Assembly (NCBI GenBank): GCA_030167865.1 | Contig: JALAGF010005949.1 | Coordinates: 1 to 52,177, forward strand | DNA length: 52,177 nt | Source of the DNA: Craspedostauros australis | Lineage: Eukaryota | Direction of reading: 5' to 3' | Part shown: positions 12,736 through 23,665 of the stretch, piece after piece | Layout of the letters: each line of letters opens with the position of its first letter | Position numbering within the stretch: the stretch's first letter is position 1 | The notes under the pieces: model-generated | Database searches by the model: none | What the model was told of the DNA's origin: nothing | Seen by the model: the letters and a program-made list of their open reading frames with translations, nothing else | Translations under genes and position numbers: made by a program

Positions 12736-14235
12736 CTACTTCTTCTTCCGAGCGGTGATGTTCTTTGCCTTGCCCTTGCGTGATAGATTGCGAAACCCCA
12801 TCGCAACCTTCTCTCTGGATGTGTTGTCATCCACTTCCACCCACCCGTTGTCGTGGTCCTCGCGCCTCAAGAAGCGGCCGCCGTTGGACTTCACCAACGC
12901 CACCACCTCCAAGCATATCCTCCGCTTGTCGATGCGGCTCGCGCTGTCGTGCTGCGGTTTCAGATCCTCCACCAACTTCATCAGCTTCGCCGTGCCGGGA
13001 TGGCTCTGGTACGGAACCCCGCGTCCCAACAGCACGTCTTTGGCGTTGGGGTGCGGGATGAAATCGTGGTTCAGCATCGCCTTCAGATTGCGCTCGCGCT
13101 TCTCCGCGTCCTTGAGCGTGGTGAGGCGACGTTGGAAATCCTCCATCCGGATGCTGCCGTCCACGTGGATGGGCACGACCGACGACGGGATGCCGAACGT
13201 ATTGAGCGCGTACTGGCATTCGAGATGCGATCCGTAGTGGATGCGAATCCGCAGCCGTATCTCCTTGGGACCGGCCATCATGAGCATGGAGAAGAACGGC
13301 TTTAGCTTGCTGTCCTCGAAGCAAATGTGCGCGCTCTTGGCCAGCACGGGGAGGCAGTCGATGATCATGTGCGAGCTCTCCATCGCCATGATGGTGCAAA
13401 ACTCCGCCGACGACATGCCCACGGTATACGACACGGCCACGAGGCCCTTGCGCTGGGCATCCTCGTTGTCCTGCAGGGCCGACATGGTGAGGTACCATGC
13501 GCATCTCATATGATTCTCGATGCAGCGATCGTTGCGCTTGGCGTACGTGATGAAGTAGATGGGCCGTCCCGAACGATCCTTTCGGTCCGCGAACAGCTGG
13601 ACTGCGCCCGTCTCGATGGAGGCCTGATCGTCCGCCGAGAGGTCATCCCAGTGGATCTTCTTCACGAGGTTGTCCACTCCGAAGAGCCTTTGCTTCATCT
13701 GGAAGTGCTTCAGAATGCGGCAGGCAGCCTTGTACGGGTCAAACTCGTCCGAGCGCAAGAACATGACACGGAAGCTCCTGGACTTGCAGAACGCAGCGTT
13801 GAGAAACAGAGCGCGATCGTACGCGTCGCGTTCCCGGTTGATGATGGAGAGGTAGTCGTCCAATTCCTCCAGGCATTTCTCCACGTGGTCGCTGTGCTCC
13901 TCGATGGTGCGCGGGACGCCGTGGATGTCGTCGTACAGATTTTCGCGCTCGGCTGCCGTGAGCTGTTCCATCTCGCGCACCATCACCATCTCGCCCTCCG
14001 TGAGCAGAGGGTCCGGGTTGGTGGACTTCGAAGACATCGACGATGCCGAGATGGATGTTGAAGCAGCTCCTGCGTCCGTGGTGGACGTGTTCATCCAGCA
14101 GATTGGCGATGAGCCCTGGCTGCCGTGCAGGCGTTCGCCGTGATCTGGCGTGTCATGCATGCTGTTCTGATCGCAGAATGCTTTGGGGGGCTGGTTCATT
14201 GAAGCGTGTTGACTGCGGGTATGATGCTGTTCCAT
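12736..14235 (-). CDS. CRAL-TRIO (Sec14-like) + DUF6824-type domain protein, paralogue 3 (499 aa, intronless)
   Basis: Motifs ERENLYDDIHGV, FRVMFLRSDEFDPYKAACRILKHF, KDRSGRPIYF, KDVLLGRG..SHPGT..GGRFLRR..WVEVDD..REKVAMGFRN and a basic tail RKGKAKNITARKKK. Convergent with paralogue 2. Confidence 0.88.
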   Translation of the reverse strand: MEQHHTRSQHASMNQPPKAFCDQNSMHDTPDHGERLHGSQGSSPICWMNTSTTDAGAASTSISASSMSSKSTNPDPLLTEGEMVMVREMEQLTAAERENLYDDIHGVPRTIEEHSDHVEKCLEELDDYLSIINRERDAYDRALFLNAAFCKSRSFRVMFLRSDEFDPYKAACRILKHFQMKQRLFGVDNLVKKIHWDDLSADDQASIETGAVQLFADRKDRSGRPIYFITYAKRNDRCIENHMRCAWYLTMSALQDNEDAQRKGLVAVSYTVGMSSAEFCTIMAMESSHMIIDCLPVLAKSAHICFEDSKLKPFFSMLMMAGPKEIRLRIRIHYGSHLECQYALNTFGIPSSVVPIHVDGSIRMEDFQRRLTTLKDAEKRERNLKAMLNHDFIPHPNAKDVLLGRGVPYQSHPGTAKLMKLVEDLKPQHDSASRIDKRRICLEVVALVKSNGGRFLRREDHDNGWVEVDDNTSREKVAMGFRNLSRKGKAKNITARKKK

Positions 14236-16635
14236 GTGATGGTGTGATATGATGGTGTGATATGATAGTGTGATGTGGTAGTGTTTTTATGGTTGTACTC
14301 TTACTCGTCGCTCGTATGCGAGAGTGACACCGTTGGTGGTACCGTTGAATTCCACCGAACTGAACGTGTTTCGTCCTCCTCTGCGACGGATGAGGGCGGT
14401 TGTCGTGGATCAGCCTCGTCGAGCTGGAGGAGAGTCTCCACAGACAGAAAGCGAGTGCAGCACAGTACTATTATTATTTCTGATCCTGGTTTTGGAATGG
14501 GTGTAGAACAGTCAGATCGTCTGATGCCGAGTGCCGCTGGCTGCGTTGACGCTGTTTTCTGGTGTTGCGATGATGCGGTAAGTAGAGGATGAGATATGTG
14601 TGAATTGTGTGAATTGTGTCAAGATCGCCAAGGAGCGAGAGAAAGCTGGTTGTCGATGCTTCGTGGATTTTGTGACAAGGAACAGTGCGCTGGTGCCGCT
14701 AATCCGTTGCTGCCGGATCAGAATCGCATCCTCTTTCCATTTTATTTGTTCGCTCATGCCAGTTTGCAAGAGAGAGACGCAAGTGTCGACTTTGCGATGG
14801 GCCATTGTGTGCCCACTTGTTTGTTTGCGTGGCGCGGTGCAGAGTTCGAGCACATGGCGCTTGTTTCCACTTTTCTTTGTCGTTCTTCCTTTGTTTCGCT
14901 CCCTGTTGCGCTACCGTTCGCAAAGCACGAAATGTCGTTCCTGGTTGGTCTTGGTCTGTTCGGTTTGTGAGTTGTTCAAGATCATCACGGAACTCCGCGT
15001 CTGTGGCTTCGGCGGTCCGACGCTGAAGATGATTCATCCCGGTCGTTCTTCGGACGTCTTAGGCTTGACATGAGTTTTTAGAGAGTTTTTCTTGTTAGTG
15101 CCTGCGGGAAAACGCGACGCAACAAATCCGAATTCTTGGCCAGTTCGAAGGTTAAGAATGTCAGATCGCAGCACCCCTCGATTCTCCCGGAACCAATCAA
15201 CACAGAAAGGAAAGACTATTCGCATTGTGTCCACTTCTTCTCCGGGTCCCTTTCTCCATACACGCGCTTGCCACGGGCAATTGACCCTTTGTCGCTCACA
15301 AAAGCGCCTCGCTGGACCTGCACCTCGGCGACATGGACAAGAGTACAATTTTGCAGGCCGTGTTCATGACGCCATCTCTGTTTCTCTCTCCCTCTCTCTC
15401 TCTTCTCTCTTCGTGCGATACTTCTTTTCCATCCTCTTTCTCCCAACCGATTGAATGGTGAGCTTGGACCGAATTCCTTTGTCGACATCCAAACCAAATC
15501 GCATAGATTGGATTAGATTAGATTAGATTGGATTGGATTTGATCGGGGGTCGAACTCCGTCAATTGAATCCCTGTCGCAGCCGACTGATGCGGGAGGTGG
15601 TAGGACGAGTAGGTCGTAGCTCGTAGCGTGCATTCGACATGAGGGCTGATTTGACCTTTCGGCAATCAGCAAGTGTTAGCGTATTTCTTTCGGTGCTTGG
15701 ACACGAGGACTCGAATGCGCGGCTGCATGTTCTGGGCGGAAAGATGAAAGCATCTTTGGCGGTTCCGAAAGACAGAAAGAGAAGGAGTGTGAGAGACTCC
15801 AACAACAACAGCAACAACAACAGCGACGACGACGACGCCGTTCCGACCATCTCCAGCGCGGCACCATAGTGATTTGCCGCGAACGCAGGCGGAAGTGCAA
15901 ATGCGGTTGCAACCGTGACTGCCGATGTCATACCACCGGAAAAGCGCCGGGTTCGGAGATCTTTGGAGACAAGCCATTTGATTTCAGCCTTACATTTTTA
16001 CCTTTGATCCGACGCAACCAACACGAGGCTACTCCCGTTGAGACAGAAGGTGTCTGAGGAACGGCGAGTCTCAAAGAGCAACCAGCTGCCAAAGACTTTA
16101 GAATATAGCAGATGATGGAATCTTGGTGGCGAGGAAAGCGGATCATTGGTGCGACACCGTCGATGGTTGAAGTCAAAGGAGCAAATGGGTCGCAAGATGT
16201 CAAGCCACAATGACTCTGTGCAGTCGAGGCGAGGTGGGGCAGAGCAAGGCGAACCGACGTGTCTGTTGTGCAGAGCTCTCATGTCGCACTCGTCCGTCCG
16301 CACAGACGTACGTATGGTGTTTACGTTGAAGCAATGGGTTGCTGGTGGGTTGAGCCGAGCGCACTCATCCTCTATGGTATCATATGATACGATCTATACG
16401 AGCAAGTGTCGACTATGGCAGTAGCAGCATCAATGCACCTCTGGCGCAGCAGAATGGAGCCGAGCAGAGTCGAGTAGTGGAAGACTAGAGTGAAATGGGA
16501 TGGAGTTCTTATGCACATGCGGTATCTAAGAGGACTCTACGACTATGCCGTTTGCTTGTGCTTGGAGAGAACTGCGGAGCGCGGATGGTGTTACAAGCGC
16601 TTCAACACAAGATGTCTCTGCGAATGCTGTGACCT

Positions 16636-17625
16636 TCACTGCCACGCTGAGCTGTCAGCCGGAGAGATGGCGCCGTCGATGACGGTCGAGATTGATATGC
16701 GATTGCTGCGTTGGAGTTCGTGGAGATCACGTGCCTGCGATAGGGACACCCTTGCCTCGACCAAGGAACGATCGATCCACCGTTTGCGACGCTTGGGCTG
16801 CGATAATCTTGGGAGCATGTCATACCTGGCGGTTGAGACCGCGAGTGGCCAGTCCCCCACGCGCAGCGCGCTCCAAATGAGCGTCTGCGCTGCCTCGAAC
16901 TGCCAGGGTTTGCCGTCGAGGACCTCCAGGCACAGCTCGATGGAATCGTGCGGCCTGTCCTGGTAATAACGCAGCAAGGCCAACCGCGAACATGGTTCCA
17001 CCCAGCCTGGTTGGGCTGCAATCATTTCCTCGAGGATGCTCGCTTCTTTCTCGAGGGTCGGAGAGCACCAGATCTCCATCTCGTTCAGCCTCTGGATGCT
17101 GTGTTGCTGATGCGTTTCTTGTACCCATAGATCCATCAACGAATCTATGGCGTCGTCGGATTCGTGCAGAGATTCGAGGAGCTGGATTTCCAACTCCATG
17201 TGGCGCAAGGCCGTCTGGGTGACGATGACGTCGTCGTCGCGCACACAGCACTGCGGTGTGTGGAACTGATAGTCAGGGTCGATATCCGCGCTTATGCAGC
17301 CGTCGCGGTCGCGCTCGTCGTGATCGTCGCCATCACCGTGCTGATCGAAAGGAGCCTGCTGCATGTTGTCGTCGAGTGATGAATGCAGCAGCTGCTGCCG
17401 TTGCCAATACTGCGATTGCTGGTGGAGGAGAGCCAGCATTGGATGGGCGGCACGTTGCCGCCGTCCGTTGGCGATGGTGCCAACGGGCTTGCTGTTCTTC
17501 TTGGGCGTGACATGGTGCAGAACGAAGCTTCGGGTTGCTGAGAGTTCCAGCAAAAGAACACCCACGACGACGAGGCGCCGCAACGAACGTGCCGATCCCA
17601 TGTCGGCGGCCGAATGCATTTTCAT
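16636..17625 (-). CDS. Putative plastid-targeted TPR-like protein (329 aa)
   Basis: Hydrophobic signal peptide (LVVVGVLLLELSATRS|FV) followed by a basic transit-like segment. C-terminal helical repeat PGWVEPCSRLALLRYYQ..SIELCLEVLDGKPWQFEAA resembles TPR motifs. Coding-like codon bias. Confidence 0.7.
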   Translation of the reverse strand: MKMHSAADMGSARSLRRLVVVGVLLLELSATRSFVLHHVTPKKNSKPVGTIANGRRQRAAHPMLALLHQQSQYWQRQQLLHSSLDDNMQQAPFDQHGDGDDHDERDRDGCISADIDPDYQFHTPQCCVRDDDVIVTQTALRHMELEIQLLESLHESDDAIDSLMDLWVQETHQQHSIQRLNEMEIWCSPTLEKEASILEEMIAAQPGWVEPCSRLALLRYYQDRPHDSIELCLEVLDGKPWQFEAAQTLIWSALRVGDWPLAVSTARYDMLPRLSQPKRRKRWIDRSLVEARVSLSQARDLHELQRSNRISISTVIDGAISPADSSAWQ

Positions 17626-20600
17626 GGCTGCCTTGCTTGATTGGGACGCAGCGGGAGGCTCGTATCGTGGCTTGTGATGGGTAACGGCTTGGCGCGAGTC
17701 TCGAAGAGTAGTTTGTTTTGATTTGTGGGAGCAGCCGAAGGGTGTTGCGATTGGGACATCGGAACTGTTTCAGTTTGGCCTGACGGTTCTTGTTTTTGCG
17801 CGCCTCCCACCACTCGCTTGTGGGTATCAGTAATTGTTCCGCGGAGGCGTCTTTGGCATTGCGTCGTGATGTCTGTTGATTCCATCGTGCGATCAACTTG
17901 TCGTGCACAAGGTACGCGTACTCGTATGAGCGCTTTCGTTGTGACTCCCAATCGACCGACACCGTCGTGATGTGGTGATGCCATGCCATGGTGTTGCGTT
18001 GTGTTGTGTTGCGGCAGCAGCGATACACAACTGTCTCACATCGCAAGGAGCGCTGCGCCATCTGTCTTGTGTCTTCTCTCGTCCTGGTCGCGATCCGACT
18101 TTCGAGAACCCATCACAACAGGATGATGTCAATTTCCCGAAATCCCGAACCCGGGAAATCAGAACCAGAGCAATTGATGCGAATTTGGCGACGTCGAATA
18201 CGGTCGGTTGAATCGTCTCCATTCATCTTTGGGAGATCATGATCTGCTTCCGCGCCAAGGCGCCAGGCGGTCCACTGTGGGGTACGTACTTGCGTCACAA
18301 GTTTAGAGCGTCCATTGCTTTGGATGGCTGATGGCAAGGTAGCGTTGATCTGTGATTCCCTCTTTGCGAGCACTTCACGAGCTGTTCTCTACGTAATAGA
18401 AGCTACTCATAGTCGTACCGAGATTCGAGGATACTGGAAATGAGCAGAGGAATGGATCAGAGCACTGGAGTGGAGCCATCCTGCAGAAACAGAACATTTC
18501 AGGACAACCAGTAGCGATGTCAGTCCAAAGGCAGAGTACTCGTCACAGTATCTCGCCAGCACGTATTCTATGGCATTCCAGAGTGGAGAGAGATGACAGA
18601 AGCCTCCGCGGCACCTCCATTTTCTCCTTCATCATCGCTTTGGCTATGCCGCTCCTCCTTGCCAAGTGACCAGAATTGCGGTATGACGTTGCCTGTGTCA
18701 AACCACCAGAATTCTCCTGCTCCGCTCGCATCCGGCAAAGAGTGAGTGACGGAGAATTCGATTTACATCGATCGGGAAAAGAGGTCTTCTCTCTCTGGAG
18801 GGGGAGAGAGAGAGAGAGAGGCATTTGAAGCAACAATGCATGGGAAACGAACTGAATACGTGTATCAGTACAAGTGCTCATGCTCTTGCGAGCTATCCGG
18901 ACGAGCAGAGTTGGCTGCTACCGTATTTTACCTGCCTGTTGAAGGCATCACGAAAGAGACAACTCCCACGCCCTTGGATCGAACATGGAATGACATGGCG
19001 GCAGATGATGTCAAACCTCTTGTTTCTCCCTTTTGTGTGTTTCCGTCGCGTCGTGATGCAGTTGGTTCTGACCGGTCGCTTCCGCCATCTCCGGAACAGC
19101 CTACGACTAATCCCTCTCCGCCTGTGATCTGTGCTGTCATCTCGTACCTGTACACGCAGCTTGTACGCGAAGCTGGTACGAACGAAGTTGTGCCAATACG
19201 TGAAGAGAGCAGTTTGCTTCCGTTTGTGGGACGGAACCGCAAGCAGACACTTCAACCAAAGAGGTGACGCATGCTGACGGAACTGTGACATCATGTGCTT
19301 CGGCGCATATTTTAGCGTGTGGCCACAGGCACATCTTGGCGAATTCTCGTCTTTACTCTGATTGGCAAGGTGTATCCAGCTCACTGTCGTCAGTATGACG
19401 CACAAGCGAAATAGAATGACGACAACTCACGGAACAATCACTCTTGAGCACCAACCAACCAACGCCGAAGCCGTTTGGATTGTCTAACGGAAGAACGCAA
19501 CAAGTGCGTCATTTGCGATTAAATTATCTTATTAAAAACAGGACGGAAAAAGCTGCGTATGGACGAACCTCTCAGACGTCAGACGCTTTGATAAGTGCAA
19601 AACCGAAAGATGGCCTTTCCAGTGCCTGTGTCTTCGTTGCGTTGATTGGAAGTGGCAGAGATGCAAATTCGTCTCGTTCTTTGTTGGCCACAAACACATC
19701 ACGCTTCGTGGTGTCGCCGGCTGCTGTCCTCAAGCTGCGTACAGCGTCGCGTGTTGCGTACAAGAAACACCGGTACTAGCACGCGCTGCGTGGTTGGAAT
19801 TTGCTGTCTGTTGGTTGCGTTCTGATTGTCGTCATCTTGGGCGTGGTTGTTGTTTGTTGCTTTTGTTACGGTTGTGGTTTGCGCAGGTAGAGAGACAGTC
19901 CGACACAACTAACACACACAGACAGAGCACGCAATCCGTCAGACACAATCATCACCGTTCTTCTGCTCCGAAGCATAGCGCCACCGCCAGCCACCTCCGA
20001 AAGCCTATTCGCAGTACTCTGCGGTACTCTATCGGTGTCCACGTCGTCTCAGCCATCACAGTCACATCACAGTCGCATCGCATCACAGTCGCATTGCATT
20101 GCATCGTATCGCATCACAGAAGACTTCATCGCAGCGGAATTCATCACATCACAATCCAACACATCGTATTGCATCGTATTGCATCGCCCAACGAGGAAGA
20201 CATCTCACCACTCTGTCTTTGAATCCGGCTGGCCATCTGCTCATCGACTCATCTGGACATCCAATACGGCTGCATCCATAATCACCTGAGCACAACGTGA
20301 AGCACGCTGATCACAAAGGAACGAGAATCTGGCATCAACGACCACACATCGCTGCCATCATCCACATCATCGACAATCCTAAACGACATCACAACATCCA
20401 CAATCGACATCGTCCTGGCTTCATCGACAGCTGCCTGCCACACAAGTCCAAGCACAACCATAGCCATAGCCATAGCCATCGACACAATCACAGGCGCAAT
20501 CACAGGCGCAATCACAGACAAAATCACGGCGCCACTCTTCACGATACTGCATACACTACTCTATCCATCCCACCTTACTATACTCCACCCACCTCCACTC

Positions 20601-20708
20601 CACTCGCACATACTCGACAGGTACCCACAACGCATTCCACACGACAGGCAACCGACGTACTCTACAATACCACTCTACTAGAATACAATCCAAACGACAT
20701 CGCCCAAC

Positions 20709-22157
20709 ATGAGCTACGACGACAGCGATCCGACGACCACTCTCGCACCATCAATCCCGACGTCGGGGATAGAAACGACGGCGGCTGATGAGGAGGACCT
20801 CGCAAGACGGCGAGATAAGAACCGCCTCAATGCACGCAGAAGCCGGGAACGGAAACGATTAGTGATGGAGACGCTCCAGCAGGAGCACTGGAAGCTGAGC
20901 CAGGACAACCAGCGCATGAAGGAGGAGAATGCAAAGCTCAAGGCTGCCATCGCTGCCATCAAGCGCTTCAAGGTTGCGCAGTCGCAGCACACGAGCCCGA
21001 CATCCGGTGGCGCAGGCATGTCGCCTGGAGATGCAAGCGCGTACGCCGCGGCTGCTGCAGCTGCTGCGATTCCTCGCCATCACCAACAGCTACCAGCGTC
21101 CATGCTGCTGGGCAACAACCCTCTGACACCAGGAGCGCAGCCTGCGTCGGATGCCGCCTTGGTCGCCGCACCGACGGGACATCCCGGATCCTCAAGCACT
21201 GCTGGCTCTGCCCAGCAACCATCACAAAGCGGAACCAGCGACACGGCCAGTGCTGCTGCTGCGTCCGCCAACAACACGTCTGTGCCATCTGTGCAAGACC
21301 TATCGCGAGCGGCCTCGCTGCTCCAGACCCAGCATGCCATGGCAGGGACCATCCCGCTGACGGCAGGCAATCTAGCATCTGCTATGAGTGCGAACCAAGT
21401 CCCGCCAGGATCCGCAGCGGCCGGGGCGAGCGCTGTCACAACCCCCCTCGCCACATTGCTCGCATTGCAGGCGCTGCAGCAAGGAGGGCTGGCTTCGCCA
21501 AGCCCAGGAGCCGTCCTCCCGGGCCTTCAGCTTCCTGGATCGAACCCCGCAGGCGCCAACGCCGTTGTGGATCAGCTGAAGCGATCCAACCCCGCGCTAG
21601 CTGCGCAACTCGCAACGCTAGGGTTGCAGAACGGTCCCGCAGCGACGTTGCAACAGCAGATGGCGTTGCTCGCCCAGGCCAGCGCAGCAACGCCTCAAAC
21701 CACAGCCGCGCTAGCGCCGACGCTGTCCGCCATGGTCGCGGCGTCCGCTGCGCTGCTCGGGAATGGTGGCCAGCCCGTGGTGCAGCCAGCCGTGGATCCG
21801 ACGGCCATGATCGCCATCAGCTCCTTATCGGCTCTCCTCCAAGCCCAGTACTCCAACTCGCTCCCATCCCTGCTCAATGCTTCGCCCGAGCTGGCGTTGC
21901 TTTCGCAGAGTCTGGCGCAGGCGAATGCCCCGGGCGGAGTGCTGCCAACACACCAGTCGCAGCAGCAGCAGCAACAACAACAGGCGCATCTCCTCCACGC
22001 CGCACAAGGGCTGTCCGCGCAACATCTGCTGCAGCAGACCATGTCCGCGAACGACTCCATCCCAAGTCGCGTCAGCTCGGACGCCGATCACGACGACGCA
22101 AGTCCCAGCCGTTCGTTCGCTGCTGATATGGAAGGCGGCGCTTCTTTGTCAGGATGA
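20709..22157 (+). CDS. bZIP transcription factor (482 aa) with long Ala/Ser/Gln-rich C-terminal region
   Basis: Basic region RRRDKNRLNARRSRERKR (N-x7-R) followed by the heptad zipper L..L..M..L..I, then a low-complexity activation-like tail with polyQ. Confidence 0.9.
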   Translation: MSYDDSDPTTTLAPSIPTSGIETTAADEEDLARRRDKNRLNARRSRERKRLVMETLQQEHWKLSQDNQRMKEENAKLKAAIAAIKRFKVAQSQHTSPTSGGAGMSPGDASAYAAAAAAAAIPRHHQQLPASMLLGNNPLTPGAQPASDAALVAAPTGHPGSSSTAGSAQQPSQSGTSDTASAAAASANNTSVPSVQDLSRAASLLQTQHAMAGTIPLTAGNLASAMSANQVPPGSAAAGASAVTTPLATLLALQALQQGGLASPSPGAVLPGLQLPGSNPAGANAVVDQLKRSNPALAAQLATLGLQNGPAATLQQQMALLAQASAATPQTTAALAPTLSAMVAASAALLGNGGQPVVQPAVDPTAMIAISSLSALLQAQYSNSLPSLLNASPELALLSQSLAQANAPGGVLPTHQSQQQQQQQQAHLLHAAQGLSAQHLLQQTMSANDSIPSRVSSDADHDDASPSRSFAADMEGGASLSG

Positions 22158-23665
22158 GGGGAACAACATCAGCAAAGAAGCAAGCTGGGCGAAGCTATGG
22201 GGAGCCTGCCTGATCCGTCGATCGCCAGATCGATCATGTCTTCCATACCACACTCTGGAGAGCCATGCATCGCGCTGCTCGAAGCAAGCGTCGATGCCTC
22301 TTTCCCAATACTTTGCAGAGGTAGACTATGTGTCTCTCTGCAGAGAGAGGAAGCCCAGAGTGCTCGGGTCGTGTGCCGATTACTTGACGTGGCAACATCG
22401 CCAACTACAGGACTGATCGCAGGACAACCTCAACTACTCGTACTATTGCGGTGATATCGGTAGTCCCAGCGGCCGTAGCGATGACAACGATGACAGGCGC
22501 AATGCCGTCCTCTTCCGGCGGATCGGGATGGGCACGTATTCCTGCTATACAATAGAAAACACGCAAGCAAGTGATGTGCTGTATGACATAATGATCAAAT
22601 ATTCCAATGCTTATACTACAATTCTCTATTGGTACAGAGAGAGACGGACAGAAAGCGTCTCAATACTCCTCACGATCCGAGGCTGACCAACAGCATCACA
22701 CCTAATCACTCGCTCAAGAAAGGGCATTGAGAAGAGACCTCCAGTCCTCCGTTCGCAATGCGAGCAGAGCCGAAGTGGAGATGGTGAGATCTCCGGTTGG
22801 GCCACACTCAAGGTTTCGCAAGCTATGAGTGCTTGTATGAATGAGCACCTGCAGGTGACGGTGTGTACGAATGTGAAGAATGCGTCCTGTGCTCGCCTGT
22901 GTTCGTGGGCTGGATCTGGGCCGGGAACCGATAGTGGCGATGATAGCGATGGAACTGTGATAACAGTGCCATCATCGAACGCGGGACGTCCAACCCATCA
23001 CCACATCAATGGTCACCGCGCCCTCTCTCGGGCAGCGCACGAAATAACTATCCTCTGGAACCCAGGGCCGCCTCGCCGCATCGGACATTTGTGAATTCCG
23101 CGAGAACCGATCAACTTCCGACATGACTGGGTGGCTCTGTTCGCGCATGAACCAGCCACGCTTCGACTTTGTCCAAATGAGAGACAGCAGACATTTTCTC
23201 TAGCGCATGGCGGACCGGCTTGGGCGTTGACATAGTCACGAGTAAGCGTGAATAAATGTGCAGGGAAACAGGTAAATGATATAAATACCATATTTCACGC
23301 GCCTCCTTTTCAACACGAATCAACGGCCACCAACGGCCTTTCTTCACTTTTTCATCGCCAACCACGAACCAAAGAACAACACCAAAGTCGAAGTCTGGTC
23401 GCGTTCGTACGCAACGGAGCCAAAAGAACATCACCAAACACCAACCCCCAACAGCGTTGTCATTGGCTGGTGTTGTCACCTCATTTCAATCGAGGTCACA
23501 GACGAAGATACTCTACAACATATTATGGACGCATAGTGTTGTTACGCACATTCGCATAGGACGACCGAGAGCACTCCACACAATAACGACTCATCGTGCA
23601 ACCAAACCAACCGCAACCATAGAAGCGATCGCAGCGACAGCGACTACAGCAGAAGCGGCAGAACG

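Noticed and set aside
15541..15562. B-box/T-loop-like GGAGTTCGACCCCC on the minus strand suggesting a tRNA
   Set aside because: The T-stem does not pair properly and no cloverleaf can be built.
15560..15977. ORFs with poly-Leu/poly-Asn/poly-Cys tracts resembling a TM protein
   Set aside because: The tracts come from an (AAC)n/(GAC)n microsatellite, with no other coding evidence.
20297..20788. His-rich 163-aa ORF upstream of the bZIP gene
   Set aside because: It starts at GTG and its composition is explained by CAT/CAC-rich simple repeats typical of the non-coding DNA here.
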